The notes below the pieces were generated by a model that worked only from the letters and a program-made list of their open reading frames with translations, had not been told where the DNA came from and searched no databases. Positions 11,225 through 21,514 of a DNA stretch of 32,832 nucleotides are shown here, piece by piece (position 1 is the stretch's first letter; each line of letters begins with the position of its first letter). Both the position numbers and the translations under genes were made by a program. The DNA is from Vezdaea acicularis. Lineage: Eukaryota. The stretch is taken from contig JAPEUI010000069.1 in the NCBI GenBank assembly GCA_026025075.1, positions 62,001-94,832 of the forward strand. The letters are read 5' to 3'.

Positions 11225-12304
11225 ATGCAGCTCGCTCCTTATATTCGTTTTGTTATCCCACCAAAAACCCGCTTAAGTCAAGCCTTTCAACATATGATAC
11301 TTGAGGTAAGAGACCCAGTCATGTATCAGGTGCCAACCTTGGTACTGACTTGATAGCGACAGGACAGAAAAGACTTTGATGATGAGATGCTTGCTAATAT
11401 CGCTCGAAAACTAGCTCTGCTAGACCCGTGACTCAGAAGCTCATCACGGTCTCTAAAACAAGTAGTCGGATCAAGAACTCTTTCGAAGCTCATTTCACAC
11501 ACTACATATGTCAGGCCCCTGAAGGAAACCCTCCACATTTTAGAATCAAGCTTCACAAATTGGATAATATCCATAGTCCCGGACTGGGTTAGACTAAACC
11601 TGCTGACCCACCTGGGCCTTAGTATCCGTCTGGCTTTCGTAACTGCCTGAAATAAGTCTACTATCTCTTTCAGCAAGTATGATTGTGGAGAACGTGGCCC
11701 TAACTGATGGAGAAATGCTTCTATCAAGAATTATAATCCTGCGGCTGCATCTGACGGCGAGATAGCAATTGAAATCGTCCAAAAAGATCCAAACAAGACC
11801 GGACTCGTACCGAAAGATCCTGGATTGAGGTCAACCTCAAGTATCATAAAGAACCCTAAGACCAACAGCCTCGAAGGGCGGCGTACTTTGCACACTGAAC
11901 TCCCTGCAAAGTTCTTTTGCCAACTATCTAGGGAATCATTGAAGTGATCTAATCGTAAGTTTAATTAAAGACCTTGAAGTAGCCTGCAATGATTGTGAAT
12001 GGAAAAAACGAGGAAAAGCCTTGGGTATTAGAAGTTTAAGGAGGTGGGGAAGCCATAAAAGATATGAAAGCTAGTGACCGCTTTACCCTTAGTAAAAGGG
12101 CGATCAAGCCAGCCAAGAGATGATCTCAAAGCTTGTTAGCTTGAGAGAAGTCAAAGGAAATCTACCTGATATTTAAGCAGGCTATCTTAAGAGCTATGGA
12201 AGAGATATGAACAGCTTCGTTGATGAACGCGCGATTGACACAGGTGAATAGAAGTCACCGGAGTAGCAGACATAACGGTAGGAACGAACGCAAAAACAAC
12301 TGAA
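11225..12304 (+). pseudogene. Possible decayed gene or small spliced ORF (51 aa: 11225-11305 + 11357-11431), followed by stop-interrupted coding-like sequence
   Basis: Well-formed 51-nt intron 11306-11356 (GTAAGA..CTGAC..TAG) in phase 0 after ATG 11225; downstream frames read protein-like but contain stops. No homology recognised. Confidence 0.3.
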
Positions 12305-12995
12305 GTTTCGTATGTATAGACAGATGTATGTTCGTACCTAGGGAAAGATGACAAGGCACCGAACGAGAAAGGCCATTAACAATGCTATCAATTTTGACTG
12401 CGATAACAATGGATGGCGATTACATTCGGCTTTCATCTACAAGTCTCATCCCCTGATACTCGAGCTAGATATAAGACCTAAGCACTCCTTTCTACTTTCC
12501 ACTCCTACCAGGGGTGGTAAGCTGACGCTATTTTCTATCGGCCTGGGGCTGGCGTTTCCTAGTCAAAAAGACAATCACAGCTGTCTCCTGTTCCAGGTCC
12601 ACCTAAGAATATGAACGGTGAGAATTTACGTACCAATAAAGGTGTTCGAACAACAGAGGATAGGGCAGTATGGCTTCTGATGACTTTAGAGCTAGATACA
12701 GCAAAGAAATTAGAGTAGCATGAGTCTGGAATACGTTGACGTAGGTGTTTTACATGATATTCGTGCCCAAGGTGACCAGCTGAGGCAGCCTAGAGCTATA
12801 TCTGAAGCTTCCTGTCTTAGGGGGAAAGGCGCAAAGCATGATTGCTAAAGTTGGGTCAATAATTTGCTTGTTCGTCCATCACTGACAATATCTTGTCTAA
12901 TTTTACGGAGCGAGAAGCAAAGCAATGAGATGTACGCTATGTTCCATAGCAGAGCCAATTATAAACGCTACCACCACCAATAACCACCACCATCA

Positions 12996-15185
12996 TCACC
13001 AACCCAGTCTCACAGGTCTGTATCTAGGATCTCTTCCCAATCTTGGCGGTGGCACCCCCCAGTCCTCCCCAAAGAAGCTCTGCAGACCCACGACAGAGTT
13101 GTCGACACACCAATCGGGAGCTCTCTCCCATCTGCGAAAGTAGTAGCGCTGGGAGGTCTTCTCGTCAGAAAGATATTCATTCAAGTTTGTGTATACTGGA
13201 GCCAAAATACTAGTCGTTAAGTCTGTTATAGGTTCTAACCCCGGTGATCTGGGGAAGGTGAGAGTGTGTGATTTCTGAATTGAAGTAATATGCTTGTCTG
13301 TCATAGGTACACGGGGGTCATGAGAGAACCAGAACGTAGCGTCACGGAGGGATTGCTGATTATTCGGTGGCGAGCTAGCAGCCGAGTCGATAAATGGTGA
13401 AGGTGGAGCTATGATACCAGGGCTAAGGAGGGAGCTGAGATTTGACGACCTCGTCTCAAGACCTTCCATCCAGGTGCGTCCATAAGCTGTTGCTGTGAGT
13501 CCAGGGGCTTCGCGAGAGGCTGCTCCCGGATGGTCATTGGAAACGTCTGACCTAAGGATAGTCCTTATGTTTACAGGACGGTCTTTCCATGGGAGAGGAT
13601 CACTAGTACCAGCCGCTTTGGAGATTGAGACATGTTCAATATGCCCTTGACAAGCAGGTGTATGGAAATCTTGGGGTGCAGTGATAGGGGTGCCGGTAAA
13701 CGTGGGTGAGGGAGTCGTTGGCTGGGCCAGTGGACCCTCGAAGCATGCAATTGGGTCATACATCACCGTACGCGCAATTGTGTTGGCTCGGCTAGCGCCA
13801 GACCGGGCAACTTCATGCAGAGATCGAAGCATGTTATTATGACTGGCGGAGACCGGGGGGGTCCCAACGGTATCAGATGGCCCAGGAAAACGGAAGTTGA
13901 AGTCTCCGGTACCTGAAGTGATCGGGGTATTAGGATGATTTACACTTTTGGGGTATTGCTGCTGCTTTAGTAATAGCTGCTGGTACCGAAATCTCTGCTC
14001 GCTGAACGTGAAGAATGATTGGATATCGGTGTCCGTGGCAGCGTTTGTTCGTTGTGTGTTCGAAAGAACCTCCTGCTTAAATCCTGCCCCTGTACTTGTA
14101 GGGTTTGCTACAGAATGGTAATGTGGAGGATCTTTGTTGATCCGCAAGTTTACCTCATTAGCCTTCTGGTAAGAGCTATATGGCATTGCATTCGGGTAAT
14201 GGGGTTGGTATTGGTTGCCAGCATGGGTACCAAGATGAACCATTGAACTTGTATTGCTTGAGTGAGGCGATCTCCCAATATTTTGTGGCTCAAAAGAATT
14301 GCTGCTCATCTGAAAGGGCTGCGAGCGGGGATCAAATCGCAGAGGAGCTGTAGTACTTGGCAGAACAGGCTGAAGAGATGGAACATCCTGTCTTTTTTGT
14401 ACACCAAGAGCTGCCAGCTTTTCTTCTTGAGCTTCCCTTGACATCGGTGAGACGGACATTTGAAGCCCGTGAGATGGCAATTCTGGCTTCCTAAATGGAG
14501 TTTGCTGACGAGAAGGGGAAGCCATATTTTCGGTGGACAGATTCATAGCTTTGATCGTTCTAAGCTGAATACGGGTCGGAGTTGGTTCTAATAGCTCAGG
14601 TTTAAAGCCAAGGTTAGGAAACTCTTCAACTCTTTGAGAAAGTTCAGGGTCCCATTCTTCAGAATTCAATTGTGCTCCAGCATCCGATGTTTGGGCCATG
14701 ATGGATGGTGAAGTTTTGTTCTTGGTGAGATAGCTTATGCTTGTGAGCTGAAGGGGCGGGAATGGGAGCAGAGACTTATCCACACTCTTAGAATCTGTAT
14801 CCGTGGAGGTAGGTCTCGTCATACTCTCTAGTTGGTCAGGCTCATCCGGAAGATCACAGCAAGTGGTGGTTTGGCTCTCGTTGAGAATCGTATCTGCAAC
14901 GCTAACAGACAACGCTGCTCCGCCAGCCGTAGAATCCGATCGTAGGTGCAGATCACTCATATCGAGCGGCAGCCAAACTTTGTTGCCAGCTCTTTTTCGG
15001 GGTAAGGGCTTTTGTTGTTTTACGGAAGCTGCCTGCCAGAGCGACAGGGGCTCAAGAACAGGAGAGCTGGCCTCGTCAAGCTCCCGTACTATAGGTTCCT
15101 CGAGCCGAGCTTCACTTGCAAATAGGCCTAGAGAGTCGAGGCGATCAGCGAATTCTTTTGGCCTAGTGGAAGCCTTCCAAGCCAT
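12996..15185 (-). CDS. Hypothetical protein, mostly S/P/T/Q-rich and probably disordered, with a compact aromatic C-terminal domain (729 aa from first ATG; frame open to 15314)
   Basis: 2.3-kb open frame; C-terminal motif VYTNLNEY..YFRRWERAPDWCVD..SFFGEDWGVPPPRLGRDPRYRP looks constrained; ATG at 15185 in good context (CAAGATGG). Confidence 0.85.
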   Translation of the reverse strand: MAWKASTRPKEFADRLDSLGLFASEARLEEPIVRELDEASSPVLEPLSLWQAASVKQQKPLPRKRAGNKVWLPLDMSDLHLRSDSTAGGAALSVSVADTILNESQTTTCCDLPDEPDQLESMTRPTSTDTDSKSVDKSLLPFPPLQLTSISYLTKNKTSPSIMAQTSDAGAQLNSEEWDPELSQRVEEFPNLGFKPELLEPTPTRIQLRTIKAMNLSTENMASPSRQQTPFRKPELPSHGLQMSVSPMSREAQEEKLAALGVQKRQDVPSLQPVLPSTTAPLRFDPRSQPFQMSSNSFEPQNIGRSPHSSNTSSMVHLGTHAGNQYQPHYPNAMPYSSYQKANEVNLRINKDPPHYHSVANPTSTGAGFKQEVLSNTQRTNAATDTDIQSFFTFSEQRFRYQQLLLKQQQYPKSVNHPNTPITSGTGDFNFRFPGPSDTVGTPPVSASHNNMLRSLHEVARSGASRANTIARTVMYDPIACFEGPLAQPTTPSPTFTGTPITAPQDFHTPACQGHIEHVSISKAAGTSDPLPWKDRPVNIRTILRSDVSNDHPGAASREAPGLTATAYGRTWMEGLETRSSNLSSLLSPGIIAPPSPFIDSAASSPPNNQQSLRDATFWFSHDPRVPMTDKHITSIQKSHTLTFPRSPGLEPITDLTTSILAPVYTNLNEYLSDEKTSQRYYFRRWERAPDWCVDNSVVGLQSFFGEDWGVPPPRLGRDPRYRPVRLGW

Positions 15186-16061
15186 CTTGGAGAAGTAAGG
15201 AACTAGTAAAGATCTAATCGTAGGTGTGTCGTGAAATCTGCCAGAGGTTGTTCGTATGTTAAGCTGTAGGGTTGTTTGGATGTGGGAATAATCGCTGGAA
15301 GGACGGTTTCTCAAATTAGAGTCCTTGAAAGGATGGTAAGGTGACCCTACGGAATTTCCCCTCGGCTCTGCCGCGATATTGACTAGGTCAATCGATCAAT
15401 TTCATACGACCGTACGGACGCTCCGGAGCAAATCTGGGGGCAAAATTCGGGAAATTCTCAATAAGACTCGGTATATATCTGCTAAGGGCACTTGGGAGCC
15501 ACAGCGTGCAGCTGGTAGGCAAGCAGGCAAGCAGGCAATTTAAATTGGAAACCCGTTAAGACCAGTCCTACGAATTCTGAAACTTATTGAAGTCTCCATA
15601 CCCATTTGCTTGCTGGCCTACCTGGGGTCTGGGCTGAGGCTGAGGCTGAGATGCTACCTACGACCTTTACGTGGTAATTCGTTTCCACAACATGAATAAG
15701 CACTTGAATGTCTAGGAACGGCACGCAAAAATTTTTGCAATGCTTGAGGAATAGAGTGAATTGACCAAAAAGCGAATAAAATGCAAGTCCAGCTTTGGAG
15801 TGCCGAAAGGGGTGTTTCATGGGGTTAGAAACGCTCAGGTCAAAGAGTATAAAGGTGTTGGCATTCAAAAAGTTTCATCCAGGACGGCATATTAACGCGC
15901 GGTTTTGAGGAAATCTTTCAAACTATTGGAATAGCTTCTCATCCCGAGAATGGCCATGGAGTCTTAAATACGGTGAGGAAATGAAAATCAGCTTCATAAA
16001 GCTGCGCGCGCTCCTAGTATGATCTAGCGAACAGCTATGGTCGGGTCTTCAGTTGATCATC

Positions 16062-17418
16062 TTATTTGCGATCTAGATTGCTCAAAGTTGCGCGGAACTC
16101 GAGGAGATCCCGCTGACCAAAAAACTCTGCAACAACGGTTATGATAGTATCTAACGTTGCAAGGGTGTTTTTACTCCGATGAGTGTCTGATTTTGTCATA
16201 TCACCAATCGCCGCTGTTGCTGATAGCTGACCTAAAATGCGATTCTGGGCAGCCGCAAGACTTTCCTCGACCGTCTCGATAATCTCACCTTCTTCGCTTG
16301 ACGAGTTCATCTCTTCGGCGGTATTTGCCTTTTCGTCATGATTTCTTTGATTTTGATTGGATTCTGCAGAAGGGTTTTCTGATTGGATGTCGTTAACCTC
16401 ACCTAAGAGTGTAATATCTTTCTCGATGAAGGTGGCATCTTCCACCTCATCTTCGTCAACAGAATAGACATTGAAGCTTTGACTGTTGCTACCGTTGTTG
16501 TTTATCGCGGCCAAATACCCGACAGCTTTCTTACCCAGTTCTCTGATAACACTCACCTCGTCGCTATCTAGACATCCTACTTCTTGGACTTTTGCTAACA
16601 AAGCCCATACCCACCTGCTAGTTCTCGCATCAATATTCTGAGTCTTTTTAATATAAGACGTAGTCAAAATGCGAACGAGTCTGAGTACAGACTTTTGGTC
16701 CATTGCAGTCACTTGTGCGGGCATAGGATCCGTTGTTTTGAGGAGATGGCGCCAATGGGAGAAAGCCTTGTGATCATTTGCAGAGCAGTAAGTAGGGTGA
16801 TCCTTATCCAGCCTCTTCATTGCTTCTGGAGGCGGAGAGGACCTAAGATTCGAACGTAAAGTCTGAAAACGATCTCGAAGCGATTGACAGTAGATATCAT
16901 CCGCATCCTGATCGCTGATAATATTGGCGTCTGAGGCAGCGCTAGGTGCTGCCATGTATGCTCCATCTGCGTAGTAGCCTCCGATTTCTTGACAAACTTG
17001 TGACTCAAGATCATTTACCAATTCACTTCTAGGAGCGATCAGTAAGCACGGGACGCTCTTAGCTTCGGTCCTACATTGGTGACCACGTCAGCTAAGTCTT
17101 CAAGTGAAAGCCACAAACTTCCAAACCAGTGTTCTGAATTAGCATATTTCTAAGAGGAGGATTTGATGCTTACCGGACCATTCGTAAATATTCTAAGCCA
17201 TCATTTGCTGGTCCATAAAACGGGTTTTCATCTCCATTTATTCCGTCAAGCCCAGGAAAGGCAGCTCGCATACCAGTAACTAGATCCGGCTTTGCGGCTG
17301 CACTTTCAACCCTTCTAGAATCTTGCTCGTTCGGCCCATATGAATGCCGCAGCCGTTTAGAAAGATCTCCATTTTCAGAATGATCTAGGTGTTTCTTTCT
17401 CTTCTTGTTGATTGCCAT
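16062..17418 (-). CDS. Gemin2/SIP1/Brr1-family snRNP assembly factor, 2 exons (17418-17174, 17070-16062), 417 aa
   Basis: DGLEYLRMVR|TEAKSVP joined across the 103-nt intron 17071-17173 (GTAAGC..CTGAC..TAG); RWVWALLAKV..LDSDEVSVIRELGKKA; C-terminal IITVVAEFFGQRDLL typical of Gemin2. Confidence 0.85.
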
Positions 17419-17710
17419 CCGGTCAGCCCTTTCTAGCGCCAGCTAGCTGGAAGCTCGCGGAACGAGGATATGAAGGTCTTTAGATTACACTTTTTCAACC
17501 CGTCGTGGCTCATGTTTCGGTTAGCAACACTAAGTTAGCGCGGCCGCTTAGTGTCCGTCGCGACGCTTCGGGATTCATGCGTCGCGTGGAAAGTTTTGAC
17601 CCTATCTTCAACGTTATAGATGATTCCGCCGTTCTCAACGGAGCCTTTACGAATTGGAATGCTTAAACTTCGATTCTAGGAGGCGTTCTTTTGTTTTAAA
17701 CGTTCTCACA
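17419..17710. promoter_or_regulatory. Short divergent (bidirectional) promoter between the Gemin2-like and ING-like genes
   Basis: 292 nt between head-to-head ATGs; contains an inverted repeat and CGCG-rich palindromes. Confidence 0.6.
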
Positions 17711-20046
17711 ATGTCTAACTCCTTGAATGAGATTACAGTTCAGGTGCCGTCAGACCCCGACGCTCAGGCTACCGTCACAGACTTCCTGGACTATACCGAA
17801 TATCTTCCCTCCGACCTCGTCCGGTCCCTTACGTTGATTAAAAACCTTGATACGTTATATATTAAGTCTTCAACGAATGTACATGAGTTAACGAAAGTTT
17901 ATGGTAACTTGCCAGGCTTGGGCGCAACCGAAAAGACAGACCCACCAAAGCTACGTTCTCAGATATCAGAAAACCTCAACCATGCTATAGCTGCTAGAGA
18001 ATCCTCTTTTGCCGAAGCATCTAGACTCTATGATGTAGTCGATCGTCATTTCAATCGACTTTCGAGTATTATCACCAAACTCGAAGCCCTTCCGAAGCCT
18101 CCCTCTCGAGATCCAACGCCTGTACCCCAACCATCACCTCAGAGCGCTAGACCCCGCGGACCGAAGGGAGAAGATAACGTACATCCGCGTATAATGCTTC
18201 GACTCGATGGCGCCAGAGCATCAGATCGTCCTGCAGGCTCCGTAGCTCGTCATAAAAGCCGAAATCGACGAGTCACTGTTCCTGGCGAGGTCCTACCTCC
18301 TCCTAATCCAGACTCTCCTCCAGCCAGCACCGACTCCGAATGGGAGTCTTCACCACCTTCTCCAATCCCTATGCCAACATCTCGTGTTGGAAGCTCAGCT
18401 CGCTCCAGACATCGCATCAAACCTCCAAAACCGCCAAAGCTGAAAAAAATCAAGATACCTAAACCCCCGAGAAGAGTTCGACCACCAGGTGTCATGGGTA
18501 CGAATGTTCATAGCGCTGTAGCAGGAATCTCAACAAGCAACGCTCTCGCCTTACTTAAACCGCCTCCGGACGATGCTGTGCCTGGTAGCGAAGACGCACC
18601 ATGGCTAAAGCTTACAACTTGGGAGATGGCGAAGCTCCGAAAGCGAATGAAGAAGAATGCGGTTTGGAACCCCAGCGAGACCATGATCCGGCGAGAACTC
18701 TCCCAGCTTGGCCGTGGCCCCGAGAATTATCACTTAGCGAAAGCCAAGGCAGAGGCGGAGGGACTTACATTCGTCGATGCGGCCAACATCTCCAATGAAC
18801 CAAAGACTGACAAGAAAAATCTTGCTGAAGGGGAGATCAGCGTTGAGTCTCTGGGCGTCGAGGAGATGCAACTGAGCAACCGCGGTATGAAGCTCAACGA
18901 GGCGAAGAAGCTCAAGAAAGAGAATCAAGCCAAAGAGCTCGCCGCAGCAGCCGCAGCCGATGCAGAACAGGCTGCCCGCGCTCTTGCGGCATCTGGAAGT
19001 GCTCTAAAGAATATATTCACACCCCGTACAGGCGTCGAAGCTGCGGATTATATGACAGCGTCTCCTTCAAAAACAGAGAAGAAAGAGCTAGCCAAGTCTC
19101 CAAGGAAACGAAAACGAGACGAGAAAACAACGGAATCTGAAGAGCGTACGACTCAAGGCTCACCGTCTTCCGTAATTGTTCCTTTAAAGTCACCCAAAAA
19201 GAGGAAGACAACTCCTGCGCCGCTTCTTACATCAAATTCGACCACCAATAGCCTCCCCATCTTACCCAGTAGTGCTTCGAAGCTCTCTACTCCGACACTG
19301 ATCTCTCCGCCCCTTCCTACACTCACACCGACACCCCCTACCGTAGCGCTTTCAAGTCGGCGCGCTTCAATCTCCAAGCAGAAAATATCCTCTGCATCGC
19401 CGGCTCCCCAGCAGCCTTTACATCGTAGTTCTCGAGGCTCAACCAAGGAGCCCACCCCTGCTCCTATATCCGTAGTTGTAAAAGCGCTACCGCCTCCTGT
19501 GCAGATAACAGCGGGCAAAGACCGCCCCCGCCGCTCGTCCCGATCCTCCATCGTCCCTCAAACGCCGGTGACCGAACCTGCCCCTGCCCCTCGGGATTTG
19601 CGCCGCAGCAAACGCCCCGCACCTGGTCCCGTCCAAAGCGAAAGTGGAGGCACTACCGTTAGTGTAGGCAGGCGCAAAGCTGCGCCGCGCAAGTCAAAGA
19701 AGGAGAAGGTGGCTGAGGCTGGTGCGCAGAAAGAGGAAGAAGATCCAGTAGAGGATATCGATCCGGACGAGCCGCGGTACTGCATCTGTGGGGATGTGAG
19801 TTGGGGAACCATGGTCGCTTGTGAGAATGAGGATGTAAGTATTTTAGCTCTACTACGGGAATTGGCGACAGGAAACACGGGCTAACATTATTACAGTGTG
19901 AGAATGAGTGGTTCCATCTCAAATGCGTAGGACTTTCAGCTACGCCTGGCAGTAGAATTAAGTGGTACTGCCCGGATTGCCGCAAGGCTCTGGGTGTCAG
20001 CGAGCGTGGGAAGAGCGTTGAGAAGTCAACGAGGAAAAGTCGTTAG
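17711..20046 (+). CDS. ING-family (inhibitor of growth) PHD-finger chromatin protein, 2 exons (17711-19834, 19897-20046), 757 aa
   Basis: N-terminal ING domain (DFLDYTEYLPSDLVRSLTLIKNLD); C-terminal PHD YCIC..MVACENED|CENEWFHLKCVGL..KWYCPDC completed across the 62-nt intron 19835-19896 (GTAAGT..CTAAC..CAG). Confidence 0.92.
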
Positions 20047-20388
20047 GTTCTACAGGAATGCTTTCTCATATGATTGGGTCTCACGTTGAGACAAAGGTGT
20101 TTGGAAAAAGAATTCTCGAAGTATCGTCAAGATGAGGCGTCAGCTATCAGCTTTATCTGCTTGACAGGTCTATTCCAGCTAGCTTTTGTAATGTACAAAA
20201 AAGTACACAGTCCTGGGACACTATTCAGGCAAGAGAAGGTATCTACGTGAAGTTCGTAATTTGTATACGATTATCTAGTCCAGCGCCCTCGTTGTACTTG
20301 GTTTATCATTGCCTTTCTTTCAGATGCTGAGCTGAAGTCGAGATAGAAGGTTTGAGTAGTTGCTTAGATGTCATCCTTGCCTTCTAGC

Positions 20389-20951
20389 TTACTGTTCGGT
20401 CTGGAAGTAGTTGAGCAAGATACTCCGCTCCTGGCTTTCTTCACCCCAATCCCTGACGACCACACAGGAGCAGTTGACGACCTTTCTTGCATTGCCTTCA
20501 CGATCCAAGACGCCTGTACATGACACTCATTAGTTGTCATCCCCAAGTCTCATCCCTTCAGGAAATACTAACAAAGCCCACACCACTCGCCCAATTGCTT
20601 GCCATCCGGCACCTTAATAAGTGGGATTTTATGCTCCTCACACAAAGCAATGACGAGCTTCTTGTACGCCTCCTCCTCGCACGCCTCGTTGAGCACGCAC
20701 ATATGCGCCTGGCGCCGATCGAGAGCTTTGCTAGCCTCTCGTAGGCCACGAGCAAGTCCATCGTGGATCAGGGAGGTTTTCAAGACACCCTTGAGTGCCT
20801 CGAGCACGGTCATTTGGCCTTTGGAGGCGGACGCATCGGCAGCGACTTCCACCTCAGCGGGGGTGTTCTCTTCTCCGTCCGACTGCAGAGTGGTGAGTTA
20901 GTTCATGTTTGTTCGTAAAGTAAGGTTGGAAAGGTCTAGGGTGGGTACCAT
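20389..20951 (-). CDS. RPS12: 40S ribosomal protein S12 (eS12), 3 exons (20951-20949, 20882-20573, 20513-20389), 145 aa
   Basis: [71 protein letters not shown]; introns 20883-20948 and 20514-20572 with GT/AG and CTAAC/CTAAT branch sites; first coding exon is just ATG. Confidence 0.97.
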
Positions 20952-21514
20952 CTTGATAGAGTTCGAAGAAATCGGATTATCCTCGAAGAGATGCTGAAAG
21001 TTGGTAGGGTAATATGAGCTTTCTTACACTTGAGCTGGTAAAAGAGTTGGTGAGCGTTGTGTAGCCGAGATTTTAGGTTAGCGAAATTCTGCCAGGCTTC
21101 AGTGGGTTGTAGGGCTGCAAAACCTAGAGACTAGACGTAACAATTAAACGTTTTACAGAAAGCGCACGGGAAGTTGAAGGCCACAGAAAGGCTATGTTGG
21201 TGATCTCAAGACGCACGCAACAGTTTAAGTAAGAAAGGTTATGGTTTATGAGGCTTTTATGCTCTCACGGATTGGTCATCAGTATATGAGACTTCCGCCT
21301 CGCGGCTACACACTGATCTTCTAACTACATCTAGGACGCGCTGGTCGCCGCGCACAGATAGCTGACTTGAGGTTGCAACTACGGACAGTAGGTTTAGGAG
21401 CAACAAAATGATTTTGCAGGGGCTACCAGCCTGATGAACGCCATAAGCGTTTGCCAATACTTCCACGCCAGCGCTAAAATGAGACTGTGCATATGACCGC
21501 CAAGAGAAAGAGTA

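Noticed and set aside
12348..12614. 88-aa ORF in the spacer
   Set aside because: No motif or splice support; the length is reachable by chance.
17654..17710. Non-AUG N-terminal extensions suggested by the ORF track (also 15186-15314 and 25704-25769)
   Set aside because: The track uses TTG/GTG starts. In a eukaryote the first in-frame ATG in good context is the simpler start, and the extensions show no conserved-looking features.
21110..21117. CAGCCCTA (minus strand) upstream of RPS12 as a ribosomal-protein promoter element
   Set aside because: Single short match; cannot be separated from chance without other RP promoters.
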